Virus record (IMG/VR): IMGVR_UViG_2933348407_000001
Location: 32,001 to 96,000 of that record
Strand: one strand, 5' to 3'
Length of the DNA stretch: 64,000 nucleotides
Source: a virus
Taxonomy: Duplodnaviria; Caudoviricetes
Position numbers and translations under genes: made by a program. Of the stretch, positions 45,957 through 54,770 are shown piece by piece (the first letter of the stretch is position 1; every line of letters begins with the position of its first letter). Under the pieces are notes generated by a model. It searched no databases. It was not told the origin of the DNA and was given only the letters and a program-made list of their open reading frames with translations.

Positions 45957-46544
45957 ATGGCAGGCGAAGCCAACAGCAACGAGATCGTCATCCCCTCCGT
46001 CACCCGGATCTACCTGGGTGCCGTCGGGTCCACGGCGCCGGCCGACGCCACGTCGGCGATGCCCGCAGCACTGCGCAACTGCGGCCTTTCCACCGAGGAC
46101 AGCCTGAAGTTCAACACCGAGCCCAACTTCGAGCAGGTCCGCAGCGCGCAGTCCTCCTACCCGACCCGGACCTTCCAGACCACGGACGCGGCGACGATCG
46201 AGATCGACCTGCAGCAGTGGTCCGGCGAGAACTTCAAGGCCGTGTACGGCGGCGGCGAGATCGCCGAGGTCACCGTGGCCGGCCAGACCGGCGTCAAGCA
46301 CTACAAGTTCAGCCCGCCGAAGATCGGCGGCCGCACCGAGGTCATGGCCGTCGTCGAGGTCATCGACGGCGGCAAGCACTACCGCTTCGTCTTCCCGCGC
46401 TGCATGCAGATGGAAGGCGTCTCCGGCGACCTGGCCAAGACGAAGGAAGCCGTCCTGCCCTTGAGGCTTGCGGTCCAGGGCGGCGACGACCTCGACGCCT
46501 GGTACGTCCTGACCGACGACCCGGCCTTCACACCGGCGGCGTGA
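45957..46544 (+). CDS. major tail protein
   Basis: IYLGAVGSTAP, G.STEDS and DGGKHYRFVFPR actinophage tail-tube pattern; synteny. Confidence 0.8.
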   Translation: MAGEANSNEIVIPSVTRIYLGAVGSTAPADATSAMPAALRNCGLSTEDSLKFNTEPNFEQVRSAQSSYPTRTFQTTDAATIEIDLQQWSGENFKAVYGGGEIAEVTVAGQTGVKHYKFSPPKIGGRTEVMAVVEVIDGGKHYRFVFPRCMQMEGVSGDLAKTKEAVLPLRLAVQGGDDLDAWYVLTDDPAFTPAA

Positions 46545-46560
46545 CCCCTCCGCGGCAGCG

Positions 46561-46591
46561 CGCGACACAAGCCCTGACGGCTTGCCACTGT
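46561..46591 (+). promoter_or_regulatory. putative late-promoter motif
   Basis: CGCGACACAAGC-N13-CACTGT. Confidence 0.65.
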
Positions 46592-46646
46592 CCGCGCGCT
46601 GCCGCACCCCCGCGACTCAGCTACGCAGACACGAGAGGTCACGCAC

Positions 46647-47171
46647 ATGTCGTTCGTCATCGACCTGGACGCCGAACGCCGTGAGGTCCAGTACCCCGAC
46701 GGCATCCCGGTCAAGTTCGGCGGAGAGCAGTTCATCTTCCCCGCGGAGCTGCCCGCCGAAGCCCTCGACCCGATCCTCTCGGACGAGTTGGACCTGGTCG
46801 GGCTCCTCGGCGACGTCATCGACTCCGCCGAAGGTGACGCCGGAATCACCGAGGTCGTCACCGCCCTGTTCCGCCGCCCGTCCCTGCCGCGGAAGTTCCT
46901 CGCCGCGATCCGGGAGACGTACGCCATCCTCCTCCGCGACCAGCATGAGGACTTCCTCAAGCAGCGCCCGTACATCGGCGACTACGTCCGCCTGACGACC
47001 GCTCTGACCCGCGTCTACGGGGTGGAGCTGGGGAAACTCTTTCGGTCGGCCGACTCCTCCGCGAACGATTCGCAGACGTCGAAGCCGACCTCTCCCGATA
47101 CCACCGGATCGACGCCCGACGCGTCTGGCTCCGACCAGGACAGCCCGGATTCCTCGGAGTCCGACGGCTGA
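46647..47171 (+). CDS. tail assembly chaperone (gpG)
   Basis: Lies between the major tail and tape measure genes; Ser-rich tail after the slippery site. Confidence 0.75.
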   Translation: MSFVIDLDAERREVQYPDGIPVKFGGEQFIFPAELPAEALDPILSDELDLVGLLGDVIDSAEGDAGITEVVTALFRRPSLPRKFLAAIRETYAILLRDQHEDFLKQRPYIGDYVRLTTALTRVYGVELGKLFRSADSSANDSQTSKPTSPDTTGSTPDASGSDQDSPDSSESDG

Positions 47172-47476
47172 TCTCCCTCGTCGACGGATTGCCAGACGAC
47201 TCCCAGGTTCGCTCCGCCCCCGTCGGGGGCTGGACCAAGGTCCTGGAACTCCTGGCGCTGATCGTCGACGAGGTCGGGCTCCTGGCCGCAGACAAGCGGC
47301 GTGAGGAGCCGACCCACGTCATCCGCCCGCCTCGCTCCAGCAGCGCAGGGCGCCAGCACAGCGGTTCCACACCGCAGCCAGCGCAGCCCGCACCGGAACA
47401 GCAGGCGCCCCGCATGACCGGCCACCGGCAAATGCTCATGGCCGCCATGCAGAGAGGAATGATCCGCAGTGGCTGA
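47030..47476 (+). CDS. tail assembly chaperone -1 frameshift extension (gpT part)
   Basis: GGGGAAA at 47030-47036; the -1 frame is open (GETLSVGRLLRERFADVEADLSRYHRID...RRLISLVDGLP) to 47476. Confidence 0.7.
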   Translation, partial: GETLSVGRLLRERFADVEADLSRYHRIDARRVWLRPGQPGFLGVRRLISLVDGLPDDSQVRSAPVGGWTKVLELLALIVDEVGLLAADKRREEPTHVIRPPRSSSAGRQHSGSTPQPAQPAPEQQAPRMTGHRQMLMAAMQRGMIRSG

Positions 47477-50400
47477 GGGCCTGCAGGCCGGTCGCCTCGA
47501 CGTGCCGGTCGTCGCCGACCTTGCAGGCTTCGCCGCGAAGCTCCGCACCGAGGTCGAATCGGCCGCCGAGGGTCTGGCCGCCAAGATCAAGGTGGAGGTC
47601 GACGCCAAGGGGCTGCGACGCCGCCTCAAGGAAGTCGTCAAGGAGGCGTCCAAGGGCGTCACCGCCACCGTCAAGGTCAAGGTCGACGAGGAGCGGTTCC
47701 GCGCTGAGATCGACGGCATCCGCCGCCGCCTCGACGACGCAGACCTCAACCTCCCCGTGCGCCCCAACGGCGATGGGGACGGGGAGCGTAGAGGCGGACT
47801 GCTCAGCGGTCTGCGGAACCTGATCACCGGCGCCCAGGGCGAGGCTGACCGGAACCCGGTCAACGTGCCGGTGCAGATGCGCATGCCCGGCCGCGGCCGC
47901 GGGTCGCTGCGGATGCTCGGCATCGGCGCGATCGTCTCCCTGCTCGAGCCCGCGGTCGCTCTCATCGGCCAGTACGGTGCCGGCCTCACCGCGCTCGTCT
48001 CAGCGGCCGCGCCCGCGGTCGGTGTCCTCGGCGCGATACCTGGGCTGATCGCCGCGGCAGGCTCCGCGGCGATCGGGACGAAGATCGCTTTCAGCGGGTT
48101 CGGTGAAGCGCTCAAGCAGTCCGCGGCCGCGCAGCAGATGCTCGCGCGGGACGGCAAGGTAACCGAGGCGCAGCAGAAGAAGCTGCAGGAGGCACTGGAC
48201 AAGCTCTCTCCCTCAGCCCGGGACGCCGTTAAGGCCGTCTCCTCGCTGCAAGGCGCGTGGAGCAAGGTCCGCATGTCGGTCAGCGACCGGTTTTTCTCCA
48301 AGGTCGCCGACGACATCAAGCCCCTGGCGAAGTCCGTCTTCCCTCTCCTGGAAGACGCCCTCGGCGACTCCGCCGCCCAGATGGGCAGCCTCGCGGAACG
48401 TGGCGCCAAGGCCATGCAGACGGGCCCGTTCCGTAAGGACTTCAAGACCATCGCGTCGACGAACTCGCGGGTCATCGGGCACCTAACAGACAGCCTCGCC
48501 AACGTGGGTTCCGCGACCAAGGACTTCCTGGTGGCGAGTGGACCGTTCGTCGAGCGCGTCGCCCGCGGCGGAGAGCGGATGACGCAGTGGTTCCGCGCCT
48601 CGGTGAAGGCAGGCCGGGAGACCGGCAGCCTCGCCAAGTTCCTCGATCACGCCGGCGACAAGGCGGCCCAGCTCGGCCGCACCACCGGCAGCCTGATCGC
48701 GGGTTTCGGCGGCGTCGGCCGGGCCGCGATGGACACCGGCAATGCGCTGCTCAACGGCCTCGAGGGCAGCATGCTGCGGTTCGAGCGCTGGGCCAACTCG
48801 GGCGCAGGCCAGAAGGCCATGAAGCAGTTCTTTTCCGACGCTGCTCCGGTCTTCCACGAGGTGAACGCCCTGTTCGGCGACATGATGCGCGGGATGGGCC
48901 GGTCCATGAAGGACGGCGGCATCCTCGACCTGGTCCGCCAGATCCGCACCGAGCTGATGCCGGCCTTGGGCACCTTCTTCAGCTCCCTCGGACAGACCGT
49001 CGGTCCGGCGGTCATCTCCGTCATCTCGAACGTCGCCACGGCGATCGGCAACCTCTCGGCGGCCGGCTCCGGGCTCGGGGTCCTGCTCGTGGCGTTCAGC
49101 GGACTCCTGAACGTCTTCAACACGCTGATGAGCGTCATCCCCGGCGCGAACGTGGCCCTGGCCACCTTCCTGGGCACGATGCTCGCCCTCAAGGTGGTCA
49201 CGGCCGTCGGGAACGCGCTGCGTTCCTTCGGCACGTCCGTCACGGCCGCGGGTACCTCCGTACGCGGACTCGGCACCACCATGCGCGGCAGCCTGGGCCC
49301 TGGAGTCATCGGCCCTCAGATCACCATGTGGCAACGGATGGGCCTGGCCTACTCGGGCGCCGCAACACAGGGGAACCGGTTCACCGGCGCCATGCGCGGG
49401 ATCGGCGCGGCTAACCGTGTCGCCTCCCGGGCCATCGGTGGTATCACCTCGGCCCTAGGCGGCCCGCTCGGTATCGCGCTCGCCGGCGTCACCATCGGTC
49501 TCGGTCTCCTCGCCTCACGACAGGAAGAGGCGGCCCGCGCTACTCAGGCCCACAAAGAGCGCGTGCAGTCCCTGACGGACGCCTTGGTCGCCTCCGGCGG
49601 CGCAATCGACGCCAACGTGAGGGCCCAGGCCGCACAGCTCCTGCAAGACACGGAGCTTGCCGACGGCAAGGGCAAGTTGGTCGACATGATGTCCAAGGCG
49701 GGCGTCAGCCTCGGTGAGCTGACGAACGCCTACCTCGGCCAGGGCACGACTCTCGACGCCCTGCAGAAGGACCTCCAGTCGACGGCCGACGCGCACAAGG
49801 TATGGGTGACAACCGCATCCGGTGCCGCGCAAGCATGGGACGACGAGGGCCTCGCAGCGATCCGCGCGAGGGATGCCCTCGGCACCGTGAAGGGCGAGCT
49901 CGGCGACGCCGCGAAGAAGCACAAGGAACTCGCCAACGCCATCAACAACTCCGGTACCACCGGCAACTCCGCCTACGACCGTCTCGGCGCGGCCGTGCAG
50001 ACGTTCGGCGACAAGACGAAGTCAGCGGACGAGCGGGTCAACGCCCTCAAGAGGGCACTGGACGCCCTCAACGGCAACACGCAGTCGTTCCACGACGCAG
50101 AAGCCCAGCTCAACGCCGTAATGCTCCAGATCGACGACACGATGAAGTCGAACATTGACCATGCCGACGGCTGGGGCAAGGCACTCGTCGGCAACGACAA
50201 GCTGGTCGACACCTCGACGAAGAACGGCCAGACCCTCAACAGCCAACTCACGGAGTTGCGTGACGGCATGCTGGCCGTCGCTACCCGGGCGAAGGAGGCC
50301 GGGGAACAGGGCCTGATGCCCATGTCCGACGCGATGAACAAGAGCCAGGCCGCCATGGAGCAGGCCCGCGCAAAGGCCATCGCTCTCGCCACGGATCTCG

Positions 50401-51518
50401 GCATCCCAAAGGAGCAGGCCAAAGCGCTTGCCGATCAGATGGGGTTCGTCCCGGACACCATCACCACCCTCGTCACTGCCCAAGGCGTCCCGCAGGCCAC
50501 GGCCGAAATCCTCAGTCTGCGCAGCCAGCTCGAGGGCATCAAGCCGGGCAAGCACATCACGATCTCGGCGCCCACCACGGCGGCCCGGCAGCAGCTCGAA
50601 GCTCTCGGCTTCACCGTGACGAAGGTCCCGGGGTCCAAGAAGGTCACCGTCACCGCTCCCACTGGCGGAGCGCGTGTGAACATCGCCGCCCTGGCTGCGG
50701 ACATCGCCAACGCGCCGGACAAGAAGAAGGTCACCGTCCAGGCCATCATCAAGCAGGCCGCGGGCGACCTGAAGAACGTCCAGGAGAAGGTGGCAGGCCT
50801 GCCCAAGGGCAAGTCCATCGACGTCAAGGCGCCGACGAAGACCGCCCAGCAGGCGCTGAAAGACCTCGGCTACAAGATCAAGACCGTCGACGGCTCGAAC
50901 GGCAAGACGGTCCGCATCACCGCCCCAACCGCCTCGCCGCTGGCCAACGTGCAGCGCATCCAGGGAGCGATCAACGGCCTCACCGGCAAGACCATCAACG
51001 TCACCGTGCAGTACACCGAGTCAGGCAAGCCGGCCGTCGTACGGACGCACGCGGCCGGCGGCATCGTCCACTACGCCAACGGCGGCATCCGAGCGGCCAC
51101 CAACCGCATCAAGGCGTTCGCGGCCGGGGCCGAGCGGCACATCGCACAGATCGGGCGGCCGGGCGAGATCCGTGTGTGGAATGAGCCGGAAACTAAGGGC
51201 GAGGCCTACATCCCCCTAGCCCCCGGCAAGCGCAAGCGCAGTGAGGCCATCCTCCAGCGCGTTGCGCAGATGTTCGGCGGTCAGGTCGTCTACTTCGCTC
51301 AGGGCGCCCTCCGCCAGTACGCGGCCGGCGGCCTACGCAGCACGAGCACGGCCACGACCAGGCCCCGCGCGAGCACCGCCCCGGCGGCCACTCCGCTCGT
51401 CGGAGGCGACCTGAACCTGAACATGACCAGCGCCCCCACAAGCCCGAGCCAGGCCCTGGGCGACGCGATGTTCGAACTGCGCCGCATCAAACTGGGAGGT
51501 GCGTATGCCTCTGGCTGA
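47469..51518 (+). CDS. tape measure protein
   Basis: 1349 aa, Ala/Gly-rich helical; C-terminal FAAG/EP.T.GEAYIPL motif; synteny. Confidence 0.9.
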   Translation: MAEGLQAGRLDVPVVADLAGFAAKLRTEVESAAEGLAAKIKVEVDAKGLRRRLKEVVKEASKGVTATVKVKVDEERFRAEIDGIRRRLDDADLNLPVRPNGDGDGERRGGLLSGLRNLITGAQGEADRNPVNVPVQMRMPGRGRGSLRMLGIGAIVSLLEPAVALIGQYGAGLTALVSAAAPAVGVLGAIPGLIAAAGSAAIGTKIAFSGFGEALKQSAAAQQMLARDGKVTEAQQKKLQEALDKLSPSARDAVKAVSSLQGAWSKVRMSVSDRFFSKVADDIKPLAKSVFPLLEDALGDSAAQMGSLAERGAKAMQTGPFRKDFKTIASTNSRVIGHLTDSLANVGSATKDFLVASGPFVERVARGGERMTQWFRASVKAGRETGSLAKFLDHAGDKAAQLGRTTGSLIAGFGGVGRAAMDTGNALLNGLEGSMLRFERWANSGAGQKAMKQFFSDAAPVFHEVNALFGDMMRGMGRSMKDGGILDLVRQIRTELMPALGTFFSSLGQTVGPAVISVISNVATAIGNLSAAGSGLGVLLVAFSGLLNVFNTLMSVIPGANVALATFLGTMLALKVVTAVGNALRSFGTSVTAAGTSVRGLGTTMRGSLGPGVIGPQITMWQRMGLAYSGAATQGNRFTGAMRGIGAANRVASRAIGGITSALGGPLGIALAGVTIGLGLLASRQEEAARATQAHKERVQSLTDALVASGGAIDANVRAQAAQLLQDTELADGKGKLVDMMSKAGVSLGELTNAYLGQGTTLDALQKDLQSTADAHKVWVTTASGAAQAWDDEGLAAIRARDALGTVKGELGDAAKKHKELANAINNSGTTGNSAYDRLGAAVQTFGDKTKSADERVNALKRALDALNGNTQSFHDAEAQLNAVMLQIDDTMKSNIDHADGWGKALVGNDKLVDTSTKNGQTLNSQLTELRDGMLAVATRAKEAGEQGLMPMSDAMNKSQAAMEQARAKAIALATDLGIPKEQAKALADQMGFVPDTITTLVTAQGVPQATAEILSLRSQLEGIKPGKHITISAPTTAARQQLEALGFTVTKVPGSKKVTVTAPTGGARVNIAALAADIANAPDKKKVTVQAIIKQAAGDLKNVQEKVAGLPKGKSIDVKAPTKTAQQALKDLGYKIKTVDGSNGKTVRITAPTASPLANVQRIQGAINGLTGKTINVTVQYTESGKPAVVRTHAAGGIVHYANGGIRAATNRIKAFAAGAERHIAQIGRPGEIRVWNEPETKGEAYIPLAPGKRKRSEAILQRVAQMFGGQVVYFAQGALRQYAAGGLRSTSTATTRPRASTAPAATPLVGGDLNLNMTSAPTSPSQALGDAMFELRRIKLGGAYASG

Positions 51519-52443
51519 GGGCGAATTCAAGCTGTCGTACAGCGCCAACGGGGTGCACCCGGGCGCTGCCTTCACCTTCGGGACCGTACGGACGGGCTAC
51601 TACCTGCTCGACGACTTCGAGGTGAAGGACACCGACGTCACGGCCGGCGACACTCCGCTCCCGCGGGAGGACGGCATCCGGCACGGCCAGGACTACACCA
51701 CGGGCGCCATCATCACGTTCGAGGTCGGCGTTGACACCGTCGACGACGGCGACACCCTGCTCGAGCGGCACGGTGCGAACCTCGACGCGGTGTCGGTCAT
51801 GAAGCAGGCGTGGGATGCGAAGGCGGTCCGCGACCGCATGGCCACACCCGCGGTGCTGTCCACAACGCAGGGCGGGCGGGCGCGGCGTTGGTACGGGCGG
51901 CCCCGGCAGTACGCGAAGGCCGCGTCGAAGCTGACAAGGCAGGGGTACACGCCCGTCGTCGCCACGTTCGCCGCGATCCACACGGGCAGCTTCGACGACG
52001 TCGAGCAGAGCGTTCGCGTCGACATGGCACCGCCCCCGCACCGCGGCATTGTGGGCCCGCTCAAGGACCCGCTGACGATGGTCGGCGAGGGAGCGGTGAG
52101 AGTCCCCGGGCAGATCACGGTGGGCGGCAACCGCCCGGCCTGGCCGGTCATCACCATCACCGGGCCCATCTCCCAACCGGTGTGCGAGTTGGTCGGCAAG
52201 TGGAAGCTGGGCCTGAACCTGACGCTGAAGGCGGGCGAGAAGGTCACCGTCGACCCGCGGCCGTGGGTCCGCACGGTCCTCCGCGGCAGCGGCAGCGTGG
52301 CGGGGCTCATCACCAGGGGCTCGCCGCTGCTCGAGGACCTCCTCATCCCGCCTGGCCGGCAGGACTTCGTGCTGCGTGGCACTGACGCGACCGCCACGGC
52401 GTCCATGACTGTGGCCTGGCGCGACGCCTACGCCTACCTGTAG
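51505..52443 (+). CDS. distal tail (Dit)-like minor tail protein
   Basis: Directly after the tape measure; G..PAWPVITITGP..P and W..AY. Confidence 0.75.
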   Translation: MPLAEGEFKLSYSANGVHPGAAFTFGTVRTGYYLLDDFEVKDTDVTAGDTPLPREDGIRHGQDYTTGAIITFEVGVDTVDDGDTLLERHGANLDAVSVMKQAWDAKAVRDRMATPAVLSTTQGGRARRWYGRPRQYAKAASKLTRQGYTPVVATFAAIHTGSFDDVEQSVRVDMAPPPHRGIVGPLKDPLTMVGEGAVRVPGQITVGGNRPAWPVITITGPISQPVCELVGKWKLGLNLTLKAGEKVTVDPRPWVRTVLRGSGSVAGLITRGSPLLEDLLIPPGRQDFVLRGTDATATASMTVAWRDAYAYL

Positions 52444-52453
52444 GCGGCCAGCG

Positions 52454-52484
52454 CGCGACATAAGCGCGACGGTCCCGTGATCCT
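52454..52484 (+). promoter_or_regulatory. putative late-promoter motif
   Basis: CGCGACATAAGC-N13-GATCCT. Confidence 0.6.
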
Positions 52485-52520
52485 CCGCTGTCCACCAGGA
52501 CCAGCAACGAGGAGAAGCAG

Positions 52521-53498
52521 ATGGCTTGGGACAGCGTGCCGTGGTTCACCGAGGGCGGTGCCGAGCACAGCAGTGAAGTGGCGCGGCTCCTGGCGTACGC
52601 GGCCTTCGGCGGCGCGCAGGGCGTGGTCGGCTCCGGGGACCTGGCCGTCAAGGCGCTGTCGTCGCCGGCGGCTCAGGTTCAAGTCCGTGCCGGGGCCTGC
52701 GCGATCATCAACCGGGCCACCGGATCGACGTATCAGGCCTACGCGGGCCGCCTGCCGACGTCGGACACGGTGAACGTCGCCGCAACCGGCACCACTGCAC
52801 GGTCGGACCTGGTCGTGGCCCGGGTCGAGAACCCGTACTCCTACGGCGAGACGTGGCCGAACCCGTCGGACCCCGTGGTCGGGCCGTACATCTTCACCCG
52901 GATCATCTCCGGCGTGGCCAAGACGGTCACCGACGTGAAGCAGGTCCGCCCCAACGATTCGGCGATCACCCTGGCCCGCATCGACATCCCCGCGAACACC
53001 TCGGCCATCACCCAGGCGATGATCAAGGATCTGCGGGACATGGTGAGTCCCCGCCGGGACCGGCGCCTCTACACCGCGTTCCCCGGCGCTCTGTCGACGC
53101 TGGCCTACAGCGACAACAAATGGCACAACTGGCCTTCCGCGGCCAGTTGGGACATCGACGTGCCGTCCTGGGCGACCCGGGCCAAGGTCGTGATGACCTT
53201 CGCCGGGTTCCGCATGACGAGGTCCGACGTGTACGCCCGGATGCAAACCAAGTGGGGCAGCACCCTCCTGGGTCAGGACACGTACATCGACGACGACTCC
53301 GGCAACGGCACCCGCCGCTCCACCATCGTCCTCGCCGACAACTACGCCATCGCCTCCGCGCTCCGCAGCACGACGCAGACCCTGTCCGTGCAGACGTACA
53401 TGTACAAGTCCGAGACTGGCGACGTTTCCGTCGACGCCGGCACGTCGATCGTCGCGGACGTCGAGTTCGTCGAGAGCCCGGACGACGAGGAGGCGTGA
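52521..53498 (+). CDS. minor tail protein
   Basis: VQVRAGA, RSDLVVARV and LARIDIPA.T.AIT.AMI.DLR pattern. Confidence 0.75.
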   Translation: MAWDSVPWFTEGGAEHSSEVARLLAYAAFGGAQGVVGSGDLAVKALSSPAAQVQVRAGACAIINRATGSTYQAYAGRLPTSDTVNVAATGTTARSDLVVARVENPYSYGETWPNPSDPVVGPYIFTRIISGVAKTVTDVKQVRPNDSAITLARIDIPANTSAITQAMIKDLRDMVSPRRDRRLYTAFPGALSTLAYSDNKWHNWPSAASWDIDVPSWATRAKVVMTFAGFRMTRSDVYARMQTKWGSTLLGQDTYIDDDSGNGTRRSTIVLADNYAIASALRSTTQTLSVQTYMYKSETGDVSVDAGTSIVADVEFVESPDDEEA

Positions 53499-53501
53499 CC
53501 G

Positions 53502-54725
53502 ATGCCGACCGGGTGGCGCTTCATCGCGCAGGACGCGCTCACCGAGGACGTCCTGGACTGGCAGGTCCCCTTCGCGCTGTCCTCGAATCCGAAGCGGGAC
53601 CTCTCAGGGCCGGGCGCCATGGCCGGGACCATCGAGCCGGAGTACGCGCGGATGCTCGGCCCCAACGGAGACCCGATCCTGCAGGAGTGGGGCACGAAGC
53701 TGTACCTCGAGATCGACGGCGCAATCCGGTGGGGCGGTGTCGTCACCAAGACCGCGTACGACGGGGCGCAGGCGACGGTCAACTGTGAGGGGTTCTCGAC
53801 GTACCCGCATGGCATCCCGTTCGAGGACTACATCATCTCCGGCAAGAAAATCACGCCAAAGGACCCGTATGCGGGCAAAGACAAGAATCACGACGGATAC
53901 ATAGACGGATCGAACCCCAAGCGGAAGGTGCCCAAGCCGCCCAAGTCGTACGGCGGCCCCCGCATCGACGTCTATGACGCCTTCCGCAAGATCTGGTCGC
54001 ACGTCCAGGGGAAGCCCAACGGGGACATCGGCCTGGTCATCGACTCCCACGACAAGGGGGAGCTGCTGGGGACCGCTGACGGCGAGGACCCGTGGGAACT
54101 CGCCTGGTGGGATAACCCCGACTGTGGCCAGACCCTCGACAACCTGGTCAACCAGTTCATGTTCGACTGGATCGAGACGCACGCCTGGAAGGACTCGACC
54201 AGCAACACCATCACCCACCGGCTGAGGCTGGGCACCCCCCGCCTCGGCCGCAAGCGCACCGACCTCCGGTTCGCGCAGGGCGAGAACATCGTTGCCATCG
54301 CCAAACCCGAAGGCATGGGCGAGGACTACGCCAACGAGGTCATGGTCCTGGGGCGCGGCGAAGGCCAGAAGATGAAGCGCATCCAGGTCGCAGACCTCTC
54401 CACCCGCGGCTGGGCGCAGGGACGGCGACTGCGCCGGGTGGCGACCGTCACCGACAAGACGCTGTCCTCGACGGACGCGCTTCGCAAGAGGGCATCTCAG
54501 GAACTCGCCGGCCGTACGGCCGCCCTCCAGATCCCCGCCATTCAGATCACCGACCACCCCAACGCCCGGTTCGGGTCCTGGTCCCTCGGCGACGACATCC
54601 GCGTCCAGGTGCACGTGCCGTGGGTCGGGGACATCGACGTGTGGCACCGCATCATCTCCGACGAGATCAGCGCGGACGGGTTCATCACCCTCACTCTGAA
54701 GCGGTCCGACAGCTTCCACTACTAG
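53502..54725 (+). CDS. minor tail / tail-tip hub protein
   Basis: LSGPG, IRWGG, LG.PRLG, RF..GENI and LGDDIRV motifs seen in actinophage minor tail proteins. Confidence 0.75.
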   Translation: MPTGWRFIAQDALTEDVLDWQVPFALSSNPKRDLSGPGAMAGTIEPEYARMLGPNGDPILQEWGTKLYLEIDGAIRWGGVVTKTAYDGAQATVNCEGFSTYPHGIPFEDYIISGKKITPKDPYAGKDKNHDGYIDGSNPKRKVPKPPKSYGGPRIDVYDAFRKIWSHVQGKPNGDIGLVIDSHDKGELLGTADGEDPWELAWWDNPDCGQTLDNLVNQFMFDWIETHAWKDSTSNTITHRLRLGTPRLGRKRTDLRFAQGENIVAIAKPEGMGEDYANEVMVLGRGEGQKMKRIQVADLSTRGWAQGRRLRRVATVTDKTLSSTDALRKRASQELAGRTAALQIPAIQITDHPNARFGSWSLGDDIRVQVHVPWVGDIDVWHRIISDEISADGFITLTLKRSDSFHY

Positions 54726-54731
54726 CCAGGG

Positions 54732-54762
54732 CGCGACACTAACCACCTGGACCGTTGACCAT
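54732..54762 (+). promoter_or_regulatory. putative late-promoter motif (leaderless)
   Basis: CGCGACACTAAC-N13-GACCAT-N8-ATG(54771). Confidence 0.65.
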
Positions 54763-54770
54763 CCCGCGCC

